Positions 46,147 through 54,273 of a stretch of DNA of 61,851 bases are shown here, piece after piece (the stretch's first letter is position 1; every line of letters starts with the position of its first letter). The DNA lies in NCBI GenBank assembly GCA_015064005.1, contig SVTA01000001.1:1-61851 (forward strand), given 5' to 3'. The position numbers and the translations under genes are program-made. The notes under the pieces are model-generated. The model was not told the origin of the DNA, did no database searches, and worked only from the letters and a program-made list of their open reading frames with translations. Source of the stretch: Oscillospiraceae bacterium (GTDB lineage: Bacteria; Bacillota; Clostridia; Oscillospirales; CAG-272).

Positions 46147-46455
46147 TCAGACGCACACGGCCGTATAAAGCTGCACGTTGTGGGGATAGCTGCGGGCGAT
46201 GGCCGAAAGACCCCGCACCGTCAGATCAAATGCAGCGCCAAGCCCTCCGCGGCAGGAAAGGAAAAATCTTCCCGGCGCTGAGTCGGTACGCAGGTGGCGA
46301 CAGTTACCGCACTCTCTTGCATAAAGCAGCAAAGAGCCCACCAGCGCAGATACACCGGCGCAGACGATATCAGCCCCATCCGGGCCATATCCGGCGTGAC
46401 CCTCCACGTAAAGGCGGCAGCGGGTGCCCCGTTTTTCTACATAGACCGCGATCAT
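46147..46455 (-). CDS. Prp-like cysteine protease (ribosomal-processing protease family, phage-encoded)
   Basis: ATG 46455 overlaps the portal stop (ATGA). GHAGYGPDGADIVCAGVSAL is the Prp/DUF464 His-Cys signature. Confidence 0.75.
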   Translation of the reverse strand: MIAVYVEKRGTRCRLYVEGHAGYGPDGADIVCAGVSALVGSLLLYARECGNCRHLRTDSAPGRFFLSCRGGLGAAFDLTVRGLSAIARSYPHNVQLYTAVCV

Positions 46456-48167
46456 ACGGCACTCCTGCTCTCCGCTGCTTCGCGCATGCGCCAAGCGCCC
46501 TTCATAGCGGCAGCCACACCGACAGCAGGTGCACCCTCCGTCTCCGGCGCTGCGGTGGCGGTGTGGGTACCGTCCCCCTCTCTCAAATAGCGCTCGATCC
46601 GCTGACGAATGCGATCCACACCCGGAAAATCCATACCGTCCAGCAGGATTTTCGCCGCGGCGGCATTTTCAGGATCAAAAACGCCCATCTTGTAAAGCTC
46701 CTTCAGCGTTTCGTTATAAGAGTAGCGGGTGTAGGGATCCTGGCGCTCCGAGCGCACGTCGATATCAAAAATCGGACGTCTGGAAAGCGGTGTGCCATCG
46801 GGCAAGCTGCCCGTGATCTGTTCCTTGATCCGCTCGTTGCTCCACTCCAGATATCTGCTGCCATCCTCTCCGAGGATGCGAAAGCACCGATTTTCGTCGT
46901 AAAACTGACGCACACACTCCACGATCAAACGCACCACCCGCACAAAGGCGCGGTGGGATGCAGCGACGATGTCGCGCATACTCTTATTGCCCGCCTCCTG
47001 CAGCGCGGCAATGGCCGCCGCCGCGCGCACACCGGAGTCGGCGGAGCCTTGCAGCACGTCACGGTTGGCGGTGGTTTCCTTCAGCTCGCGCACCTTGGCA
47101 TTTTTCAGCTCCAGCCAGATGGGATCCAGCTTTTCCACGGTGATCTGCCGCAGCCGCTCCTCTCCGAGATCACCCTCCACCTCTACAATGCGCCGACCGA
47201 GGTCCACAAACTGCGCCTCGTCCACGCCGGTATTGGTCTTGCAGAAATATCGCACACGGGTGGCCCAATCCATATATTCCATCAGATTGCGATCCATGCG
47301 GTCAATGTATCCCTGCGAATCCCGCCCCACGGCGATGACGCCGAAGCCAAGGCAGGTGTGCGCCAGCGGATACAACACATCCAGCACGAAGGGATACTGC
47401 CCGTGCTCGTAAAAGCCGGCAGCATAGGCAGGATCGTTTTCCGAAGAAAACAATACCGTTTCCCCGGTAAATTTGCAATAATGCAGAATCGTACGCCCGC
47501 CGGGCACCTGCTTTTTGTAGTACCAGTCCACCACCAGCACGTCATCCGAGCCAAGCCCGCCGTATGCGAAGAGGGACAGATCCGTGCCCTCTCCGGTGCG
47601 TTTGAATTGGGGATATTCCCGGGCCAGCTCTGCCGCATCGCGGCGCTCCACCACGTATACCGAGGAGGAATGCTGAATATCCGACACCCCCGGCTGCCAA
47701 TAGAGCTTCATCAGATCTACGGGCCGCACATCAATGTCACCAAGGCCATTCTCCAGGGCGGTGTTGAAAAATACGCCCCATCCGCAAACGCCGTGCTTCA
47801 GCTTGTACCACATGTTTTCGGAGTAAGCATCCGAAAAATCTCCACGCTCCAGAATAACGGGCAGAATGGCAGAAAGCGCTGCCGCATCCTCCTCATCTCC
47901 GGGCTCTCGCGGTAAACAAACCGCTGAGGGGATATTTTCCATCAGATCGGCGTGCTTCTGCATCAGCGCATTGAACAACCACGCCGAGGTGGGAGCAATG
48001 TCCTCTCCCTCACTGTTGCGGTGATTCTTGGGTGCTACCCGCATCCGATACCAGTTTTCCTCATCCCGCGTACGGGCGTTGAAGCCTTCCCGTTCCCGAC
48101 GCCATGCGGTCAGCTCCTCCATGGCGGCTCGCACAGCCGCCTTGTCGATCACATTCACTTCTTCCAT
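46452..48167 (-). CDS. phage portal protein
   Basis: A 571-aa protein directly after TerL and before protease/scaffold/capsid. The call rests on size and position only. Confidence 0.75.
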   Translation of the reverse strand: MEEVNVIDKAAVRAAMEELTAWRREREGFNARTRDEENWYRMRVAPKNHRNSEGEDIAPTSAWLFNALMQKHADLMENIPSAVCLPREPGDEEDAAALSAILPVILERGDFSDAYSENMWYKLKHGVCGWGVFFNTALENGLGDIDVRPVDLMKLYWQPGVSDIQHSSSVYVVERRDAAELAREYPQFKRTGEGTDLSLFAYGGLGSDDVLVVDWYYKKQVPGGRTILHYCKFTGETVLFSSENDPAYAAGFYEHGQYPFVLDVLYPLAHTCLGFGVIAVGRDSQGYIDRMDRNLMEYMDWATRVRYFCKTNTGVDEAQFVDLGRRIVEVEGDLGEERLRQITVEKLDPIWLELKNAKVRELKETTANRDVLQGSADSGVRAAAAIAALQEAGNKSMRDIVAASHRAFVRVVRLIVECVRQFYDENRCFRILGEDGSRYLEWSNERIKEQITGSLPDGTPLSRRPIFDIDVRSERQDPYTRYSYNETLKELYKMGVFDPENAAAAKILLDGMDFPGVDRIRQRIERYLREGDGTHTATAAPETEGAPAVGVAAAMKGAWRMREAAESRSAV

Positions 48168-48189
48168 GATTCTCCTTTCAGGGTCTTCC

Positions 48190-49605
48190 CTATTTGTAAT
48201 TTCTTTCCTGCCTCCTTGTCACGTAGGTGACAGGCTTTTCGGAAAGAGGGTCAAAAACCCGCACCGTTTGGGGGGATTTTTCTCTTTCAGGCAGCATTGG
48301 CACCAGCATGCAAAGATAACGGGTCTCATCCGCAATGTGGTCCTCCAGCTCGGAATCCACATCCTCCGGTTGGGTGCGGCTGTACTGCAGCGTGGGCAAC
48401 GTGCGCAAAAATTCTCTGCAGGTGCGGAACACGTAGAGCATCGGCACGCCGTTTCGGTCAAAGGCCAAGCGGTTGTGCAGCTGCATCCAGCCCGCGATCC
48501 GTCGGTTATCCCCCCGCTCAAAATACACACCGCAGCGCTCTGCCGTTTCGGCGATCGCCTCGCCGCGAGAGGCATCCCAAATGGCGGGATCCGCCACGCC
48601 GGTGATCCGCCTGCCCCGCAGGTAAGGGTGCTCGCGCTCCAGCCGCGCGATCTCCCGAAAGATCTCCTCCGGCGTCCAGCGCACGCCTACGTTGGCACAG
48701 TTCTGCGCACAGCCGTACAGCTCCAGCACGCGGTACAGCCGTCCATCACCGTCCTTGGCCCACCATCCCACGGAAAAGGGCTTTGCATAGCCAAAATCGA
48801 AGGAACGGTACATCCGCCAATGCTCCGGCGGCTGAAAGGGAGCGATCACGTGGGTAAAGTGCCGATCCTCATAATGCGCAGGGTCATTGCGCAGCTCCTC
48901 AAAGACCTGCCCTTCATACACATTCCAATCGCCGTAGAGATGCGCCCGACGCTTGTGCTCCGGCAATGCCTCCAGGCGGTGCACGTAATCGGGATCCGCC
49001 TCCATCAGCACGCGGTTGTCATATACCAGCGCCGGTATAAAGGCATAATCCTCCTCGCGCTCCCCCTCCCGATAGCACCGATCCACGAACAGCCGCTTGA
49101 TATAGGCGTGCCCGACACCGCCGGGGTTGCAGGTGAAATAAATGCGAGGGCGAAAATCCTGCTTTGTGGTGCGCAGCGAGGTGCTGATGAAGGTGATCCA
49201 CTCCTCCTTGAAGTGCGTGGCCTCCTCAAAGCCGATCACGTCGTATTCCGCGCCCTGATACTGCAGAAGGTCACTATCCGCGTCGCAATAGCCCAGCGTC
49301 AGGCGGGAGCCATTGGGAAAAAGAAAGCTGCGCTCCTCTTTTTTATAAACGGCGTATCCGAACAGCTCGCTTTGCAGCGGCAACAGATGATTTTCCCGCA
49401 GCTCCTGCAGCGTGCGGCGTAACAGCAGCAGTCGCAGACAGGGGGTGCGCATGGCCAGCAGCACCATTTTACGGCGCATAGCCCAGGATTTTCCGCCGCC
49501 TCTGGCGCCGCCGTAGGCTACGTATCGCGCCTTTGAAAGGAAAAATTCCTGCTGGCGGGGACTGGGAGCCTCCGTACGCAACCGTTGTATGATCAGCGGC
49601 TCCAT
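48190..49605 (-). CDS. phage terminase large subunit
   Basis: Walker A YGGARGGGKSW, Walker B-like VIGFEEATHF, C-terminal nuclease-like DHIADETRY. Confidence 0.9.
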   Translation of the reverse strand: MEPLIIQRLRTEAPSPRQQEFFLSKARYVAYGGARGGGKSWAMRRKMVLLAMRTPCLRLLLLRRTLQELRENHLLPLQSELFGYAVYKKEERSFLFPNGSRLTLGYCDADSDLLQYQGAEYDVIGFEEATHFKEEWITFISTSLRTTKQDFRPRIYFTCNPGGVGHAYIKRLFVDRCYREGEREEDYAFIPALVYDNRVLMEADPDYVHRLEALPEHKRRAHLYGDWNVYEGQVFEELRNDPAHYEDRHFTHVIAPFQPPEHWRMYRSFDFGYAKPFSVGWWAKDGDGRLYRVLELYGCAQNCANVGVRWTPEEIFREIARLEREHPYLRGRRITGVADPAIWDASRGEAIAETAERCGVYFERGDNRRIAGWMQLHNRLAFDRNGVPMLYVFRTCREFLRTLPTLQYSRTQPEDVDSELEDHIADETRYLCMLVPMLPEREKSPQTVRVFDPLSEKPVTYVTRRQERNYK

Positions 49606-49838
49606 TCCTCCAACACCCCCTCAAAGCGTAATGTAATCGGCGCATCCTGCTTCGCCTCTCCCGCTGCCCCCTTGCCGAGAACGCGATCCAGCACACTTTC
49701 TGCCGCCTTCATCCGCAGCTCCGGCTTTTGCGTTTCATCCTGCATCAGGGAAAGCAACACCTCCATGGCATCCTCGGCGCGAGAGGAAAGCTGCTCCCGC
49801 AGCTTTTCCTGCGCCGGCTTTTTACGTCTGGTCGCCAT
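49593..49838 (-). CDS. putative terminase small subunit
   Basis: ATG 49838 follows GGAGGAGGG; 81 aa. RMKAAESVLDRVLGKG resembles the AAxxLLDRGxGKP motif of small terminases. The gene overlaps the TerL start. Confidence 0.5.
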   Translation of the reverse strand: MATRRKKPAQEKLREQLSSRAEDAMEVLLSLMQDETQKPELRMKAAESVLDRVLGKGAAGEAKQDAPITLRFEGVLEEWSR

Positions 49839-50184
49839 TGCCCTCCTCCGCGGAGTCGGCGGCCGGCACCAGCAGCAGCTCAAACGCTTCCTCGCTCTCC
49901 GTGCAGCGTGCCCGCCATCTGCCAAGCGCCTCCCGCACGGCCTGCTTGCCGATTCGAACCTCCACCTCCGCTTTCCTTTTTTCTACCGACACGCCCTCGC
50001 CGCATCCGGCAAGAACGTCCAGCATCACCGAAAGCAAACTCAGCATCAGCTCCCGCTCCTCCTCGCGCCCCTCCAGCAGCTCACGCTGCTTTTCGATGTA
50101 GCGCTCCCGCCACGCGATCATATACTCGAAGCGACGGCGCTCTTCCTCCCGCAGACCTGCCGCGACCTTCTTTTCTCTTTTCAT
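49822..50184 (-). CDS. phage hypothetical protein (highly charged E/R-rich)
   Basis: 120 aa, co-directional, overlaps both neighbours. Confidence 0.55.
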   Translation of the reverse strand: MKREKKVAAGLREEERRRFEYMIAWRERYIEKQRELLEGREEERELMLSLLSVMLDVLAGCGEGVSVEKRKAEVEVRIGKQAVREALGRWRARCTESEEAFELLLVPAADSAEEGNGDQT

Positions 50185-50378
50185 TTCAGACTCCTTTCAT
50201 AGTAACCGTCCAGCGCGCACTTCAAGGGGCAGCGCCGATAGGCATCCGGATGGGCGCAGTAGCCATACACCACATCGCGACGTGCTTTTTTATCGGGGAA
50301 CCGCAATTCCCCGCATTCGCAATGAGTCACGCCCTCCTTTTCATACAGATAGTAGGGACACATACCTTCCATGGGCAT
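50181..50378 (-). CDS. phage small Cys-rich protein
   Basis: ATG 50378 follows GAGGAGG; 65 aa with 7 Cys (CPYY...HCECG...C...CPLKC). It is the first gene of the leftward operon. Confidence 0.55.
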   Translation of the reverse strand: MPMEGMCPYYLYEKEGVTHCECGELRFPDKKARRDVVYGYCAHPDAYRRCPLKCALDGYYERSLK

Positions 50379-50424
50379 ATCACATCCTCCTCGTCTTATT
50401 TTTAGGACGACGATTCTCCGAAGC

Positions 50425-50598
50425 ATTCGTCCCCTTACTGGAACGGATTTGGGAAGCAAAGCAATTTTGCCCCGATAACGCATACTTTTTTAAACCATTC
50501 GTCCCGTTTTTGGAACGACTATAGCATACACCATCCTGCTGCATTTGTCAAGGACTAAAATATGAACAAATTGTAAATTCGTCACATTTTTGGAACGA
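50425..50598. promoter_or_regulatory. three direct copies of a 22-bp operator-like motif ATTCGTC-N8-TGGAACG(A/G)
   Basis: O1 at 50425-50446: ATTCGTCCCCTTACTGGAACGG. O2 at 50497-50518: ATTCGTCCCGTTTTTGGAACGA. O3 at 50577-50598: ATTCGTCACATTTTTGGAACGA. Confidence 0.65.
50523..50551 (-). promoter_or_regulatory. leftward promoter driving the packaging/head operon
   Basis: On the minus strand: TTGACA-N17-TATGCT. The predicted transcription start falls inside operator copy O2. Confidence 0.5.
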
Positions 50599-50602
50599 AC
50601 GC

Positions 50603-50631
50603 TTGACACCAGATCCCATTTTTGATACAAT
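50603..50631 (+). promoter_or_regulatory. rightward promoter driving XRE/ImmA-like/glpK
   Basis: TTGACA-N17-TACAAT, with a TG extension. Operator copy O3 abuts the -35. Confidence 0.55.
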
Positions 50632-50776
50632 AGAATTGAAGAAAATCCGCCAAAAAGCCGATAAATCGACTGCGCCTCACCGAAGGGGGCGCCTGCGGCG
50701 GTAACCCTCCCGCCCGTTTTCGGCGGGAAGAAAAGGAAGCGTCGCCCTCTCACGGCGCAGAAAGGCAGTATCCACT

Positions 50777-51085
50777 ATGACCGTTTCGGATCGCATCCGC
50801 GCACAAATGACCCTACTGGGGCTCTCCTACGGAGAGCTTGCCGCTGCCACCGGCCTTGCCAAATCCGCCATCCATCGCTACGCCACCGGGCAAACCGACA
50901 AGGTGCCTACCGAGGCGCTGGAAAAGCTGGCGCACGCCCTTGGCGTGACTCCCGCTTATCTCACCGGATGGGAAGAACAGCCACACACGCTGGCCGCCCA
51001 CTTTGAGGGCGAGGAATTCTCTGAGGAGGAGCTGCGGGAAATCGAAGATTTCGTGCGCTTTGTCAAATCCAAACGCCGTCCTTGA
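50777..51085 (+). CDS. XRE-family HTH regulator (phage repressor-like)
   Basis: IRAQMTLLGLSYGELAAATGLAKSAIHRYATGQTDKVP is an HTH_3 pattern. Confidence 0.85.
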   Translation: MTVSDRIRAQMTLLGLSYGELAAATGLAKSAIHRYATGQTDKVPTEALEKLAHALGVTPAYLTGWEEQPHTLAAHFEGEEFSEEELREIEDFVRFVKSKRRP

Positions 51086-51106
51086 CCTTGAAGCAAAGGA
51101 GGCCTT

Positions 51107-51622
51107 ATGTACGAAAAATTATTGGATGAAGCCCTTGAAAACGGCATCACCGTCATCGAAAAATACCCCTTTCACTCCCCCCGCATCCGCGGGCTATGCT
51201 GCGATGATACCATCGCCCTCAGCGAACAGATCGACACCACCGCCGAGCGCACCGTCATCCTCTGCGAGGAGCTCTGTCACGCCACCGACTCCTTTGGCAA
51301 TATCCTGCACGATTCCCGAGCAGAGCACCGTACCAGACAGCGGATCTTTGACCGCCTCATCAGCCCGGAGCGCCTTGCCAAGGCCGCGCTGGCCGGCTGT
51401 CGTGAGGCGTGGGAGTTTGCCGATTGGTTGGGCGTGCCCCCAGCCTTCTTCAACGAGGCCATGGAGCACTACAAGGCCCGCTTTGGCGTGATGACCAAGC
51501 TCCGCCTGCCGGAGGGACTGTTCCTGCTGCAATTTGAGCCCACGCTACGGCTGCGCCGTGCCGTGCGCGCCACCGACAAAAAGCGGCTTTCCGACCGCAC
51601 TCAAAAGGAGATGTGCCCATGA
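51107..51622 (+). CDS. ImmA/IrrE-like (DUF955-type) protein with non-canonical EELCH motif
   Basis: [59 protein letters not shown] follows the ImmA layout, but HExxH is replaced by EELCH. Confidence 0.6.
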   Translation: MYEKLLDEALENGITVIEKYPFHSPRIRGLCCDDTIALSEQIDTTAERTVILCEELCHATDSFGNILHDSRAEHRTRQRIFDRLISPERLAKAALAGCREAWEFADWLGVPPAFFNEAMEHYKARFGVMTKLRLPEGLFLLQFEPTLRLRRAVRATDKKRLSDRTQKEMCP

Positions 51623-53112
51623 AGCAATTTCTGTTAGCCTTAGATCAAGGCACCACCAGCTCCCGCGCCATCATCTTTGACCGCGCAGGCAACACCGTGG
51701 CCAAGGCAGCCCGAGAATTCACTCAATATTTCCCCCACGAGGGCTGGGTGGAGCACGACGCCACCGAAATTTTTGCAAGTCAGCTGGCCACAGCCAAGGA
51801 AGCCCTGAGCAAAGCCGGCCTGTCTGCCGCCGACATTGCCGCCATTGGCATCACCAATCAGCGGGAAACCACTATCGTTTGGGAGAAGAACACCGGCAAG
51901 CCCATCTGCCCCGCCATCGTGTGGCAATGCCGCCGTACGGAGGAGCTTTGCGCCGAGCTGCGGCGCAACGGCATGGCCGATCTGATCCGGGAGAAAACCG
52001 GACTTGCCATCGATCCTTATTTTTCTGCCACCAAGCTCCGCTGGATCCTGCAACATACCCCCGGCGCCCGGGAGCGGGCAGAGCGCGGGGAGCTCCTGTT
52101 CGGCACAGTGGATTGCTGGCTGATCTACAATCTCACCGAGGGGCGTGTGCATGCCACCGATCCTTCTAACGCCGCCCGCACCATGCTTTTCAACATTCAC
52201 ACCCTCGCATGGGACGAGGAGCTGCTGCGCCTCTTTGATATTCCGGCTGCCATGCTGCCGGAGGTGCGCCCCTCTGCCGGCAGCTTTGGTGAAACCACGT
52301 TGCTCGGCCACGCCATTCCCATTTCCGGCGTAGCAGGCGATCAACAGGCAGCGCTCTTCGGCCAATGCTGCTTTGAGCCGGGCAGCGTTAAAAATACATA
52401 CGGCACCGGCGGCTTTCTGTTGATGAACACCGGCACGCATCCCGTTGCCTCCAAGGGCGGACTGCTCACCACCGTGGGTTGGCAGATCGGCAATGAGGTC
52501 AACTACGTGCTGGAGGGGTCAGTATTCATCTGCGGCGCTGCCATCCAATGGCTGCGCGACGGTCTTGGCATTCTGCCCACCGCAGCGGAAAGCGAGGCAC
52601 TGGCCGCATCGGTGCCCGATACCGGCGGCGTATACTTTGTACCTGCTTTTGTGGGTCTTGGTACGCCTTACTGGGATCCTCGTGCCCGCGGCACCATCGT
52701 GGGGCTTTCCCGCGGCACCACCAGAGCGCATTTGGTGCGAGCTACACTGGAGGCAATGGCCTATCAGACCGTGGACGTGGTGGATGCCATGCGGCAGGAT
52801 GCCGGCCTTGACGTGCCGCTGCTGCGGGTGGACGGTGGCGCCACCGCCAACAACCTGCTTCTTACCCTGCAGAGCGATTTGCTGGGTCTGCCCATTCTGC
52901 GCCCCGCCACAGTGGAAACCACCGCGCTCGGCGCCGCTTATCTTGCAGGTCTTGCCGCTGGCGTTTTCGAGAGCAAGGCTGAAATCGCCGCTCTTGCCCG
53001 TGCCGACCGCATGTTTGAGCCCACACTTCCCGCCGCCGACCGCGCTGCCCGTCTTGCTCAATGGCGCAGGGCTGTAAAAGCTGCCATCTACTTCGGCAGC
53101 GCCGAAATATAA
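51619..53112 (+). CDS. glpK: glycerol kinase
   Basis: ATG 51619 lies 8 nt after AAGGAG and overlaps the ImmA-like stop (ATGA). [16 protein letters not shown] and the FGGY kinase pattern extend throughout. Confidence 0.95.
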   Translation: MKQFLLALDQGTTSSRAIIFDRAGNTVAKAAREFTQYFPHEGWVEHDATEIFASQLATAKEALSKAGLSAADIAAIGITNQRETTIVWEKNTGKPICPAIVWQCRRTEELCAELRRNGMADLIREKTGLAIDPYFSATKLRWILQHTPGARERAERGELLFGTVDCWLIYNLTEGRVHATDPSNAARTMLFNIHTLAWDEELLRLFDIPAAMLPEVRPSAGSFGETTLLGHAIPISGVAGDQQAALFGQCCFEPGSVKNTYGTGGFLLMNTGTHPVASKGGLLTTVGWQIGNEVNYVLEGSVFICGAAIQWLRDGLGILPTAAESEALAASVPDTGGVYFVPAFVGLGTPYWDPRARGTIVGLSRGTTRAHLVRATLEAMAYQTVDVVDAMRQDAGLDVPLLRVDGGATANNLLLTLQSDLLGLPILRPATVETTALGAAYLAGLAAGVFESKAEIAALARADRMFEPTLPAADRAARLAQWRRAVKAAIYFGSAEI

Positions 53113-53147
53113 AAAAGGAAGCATCGAATTTCGATGCTTCCTTTTTT
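53111..53147. terminator. bidirectional terminator
   Basis: AAAAAAGGAAGCATCGAA-tt-TCGATGCTTCCTTTTTT. Confidence 0.85.
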
Positions 53148-53157
53148 GATTTGAACG

Positions 53158-54255
53158 TTAGCCAACCAGACCCGAACGCTCGATACCCTCAACCAGATAT
53201 CTCTGGCAGAAGAGGTACAGCAGGATCAGAGGCGTGCAGCACATCAGGCCGCATCCATACTGGATCGCCTGCTTGTACTTCGGGCTGGAGCCCGTCACCT
53301 TGGCGTATTGGTTGGAAACCGTCTGAGGAATCTGGGTCAGCGACGGCAGATAGGTCATAAAGGGAGGTCTGTCGCCGGTGAAGAACAGAGGAATGTAGAA
53401 GTCATCGGTCCACTGCCAGCAGAACGCAAACAGGAACACGGTGATCATCATGGGGATGGATAGAGGAAGAATCACCTGCACGAAGGTGCGGAAGGTGGTT
53501 GCACCGTCCAGATAAGCGGACTCCTCCAGCTCATCAGGCACACCGCGGAAGAACTGGCGCAGCATGAAGATGAACAGGCCGTTCTTGAACGCAAGACCCG
53601 TAGCGGACATCAGCAGCAGCGGAATAACCGTTCTGATGGTGCTGATACCCTGGGGGAAGGGCAGGATCTTGATGTGGCTGAGGATGTTATCCAGCCATCC
53701 GATGCCGGTATGCGTACCGCCGGACAGGAAGGTAAGAATACCCAGAATGTCCATGTGCTGGAAGCGGTAGTAGATAGCGGACTGCATGGTACCGTGAGGG
53801 ATAGCCAGCGTCAGCACCACCATGAAGAATACCAGCTTGGCACCGCGGAACTTGAACTTTGCGATACCGTAACCGATCAGGCTACAGGAGAAGGTCTGCA
53901 GCAGAGCGCAAGCAAGAGAGAATGCCAGCGTGGAGAAGAACACCTTGAAATACTGCAGGTCCACGATGATGGCCTTATAAATGATGGCGGAGAAATGTCT
54001 CGGAACGTTCACAACGGTGGAGTCCGTAAAGTCTCTCGCATCCATAAAGGAACGGATGATCATCGTGTAGAAGGGCTTCAGTACCACGAATGCTACGCCG
54101 ATCAGCAGCAGCAGACGGAAAATGTACCATACCGCGTTGGTAAGGAAGTAGGTATTCAGATACTTGGCCTTCAGACGCTCCTTCAAGGAGGTGCGCTCAA
54201 AGTCTACGCGAATCTTGTTTTTGGTTTCACGCTTGATTTGGGGTTTGTTATCCAT
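53158..54255 (-). CDS. carbohydrate ABC transporter permease (MalG/LplC-like) with long N-terminal extension
   Basis: ESAYLDGATTFRTFVQVILPLSIP EAA loop; 365 aa. Confidence 0.85.
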   Translation of the reverse strand: MDNKPQIKRETKNKIRVDFERTSLKERLKAKYLNTYFLTNAVWYIFRLLLLIGVAFVVLKPFYTMIIRSFMDARDFTDSTVVNVPRHFSAIIYKAIIVDLQYFKVFFSTLAFSLACALLQTFSCSLIGYGIAKFKFRGAKLVFFMVVLTLAIPHGTMQSAIYYRFQHMDILGILTFLSGGTHTGIGWLDNILSHIKILPFPQGISTIRTVIPLLLMSATGLAFKNGLFIFMLRQFFRGVPDELEESAYLDGATTFRTFVQVILPLSIPMMITVFLFAFCWQWTDDFYIPLFFTGDRPPFMTYLPSLTQIPQTVSNQYAKVTGSSPKYKQAIQYGCGLMCCTPLILLYLFCQRYLVEGIERSGLVG

Positions 54256-54273
54256 AATATCTTACCTCCTTTC

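Larger units (their letters stand above)
43053..51622. mobile_element. phage-derived packaging/head-only module with XRE/ImmA-like switch (defective prophage, PICI-like or domesticated element)
   Basis: Ten co-directional phage genes plus a divergent XRE/ImmA-like pair, flanked by serC and glpK. No tail, lysin, integrase or replication genes were recognised. Confidence 0.75.

Noticed and set aside
45321-47915. 864-aa plus-strand ORF over the phage head genes, and similar long antisense ORFs at 40690-42858, 23515-25281, 28766-30319, 5625-7373, 36756-38132, 7985-9271, 39219-40295, 48028-49422, 54..., 59091-60245
   Set aside because: These are the same antisense codon-bias artefact. The opposite-strand genes carry unambiguous family motifs, RBSs and operon structure. 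The antisense products are repetitive and R/G/H/L-rich, with no RBS.
50490-50753. 87-aa minus-strand ORF inside the switch region
   Set aside because: It runs through both predicted promoters and the operator repeats, has no RBS, and has an odd composition. It is more likely non-coding regulatory DNA.
42817-51700. Search for att-type direct repeats, a tRNA target or an integrase flanking the phage-like module
   Set aside because: I could not find convincing direct repeats by eye at the boundaries, and no integrase or tRNA is present. The absence is reported as part of the finding, not as evidence of a specific mobility mechanism. A computed repeat search is needed.
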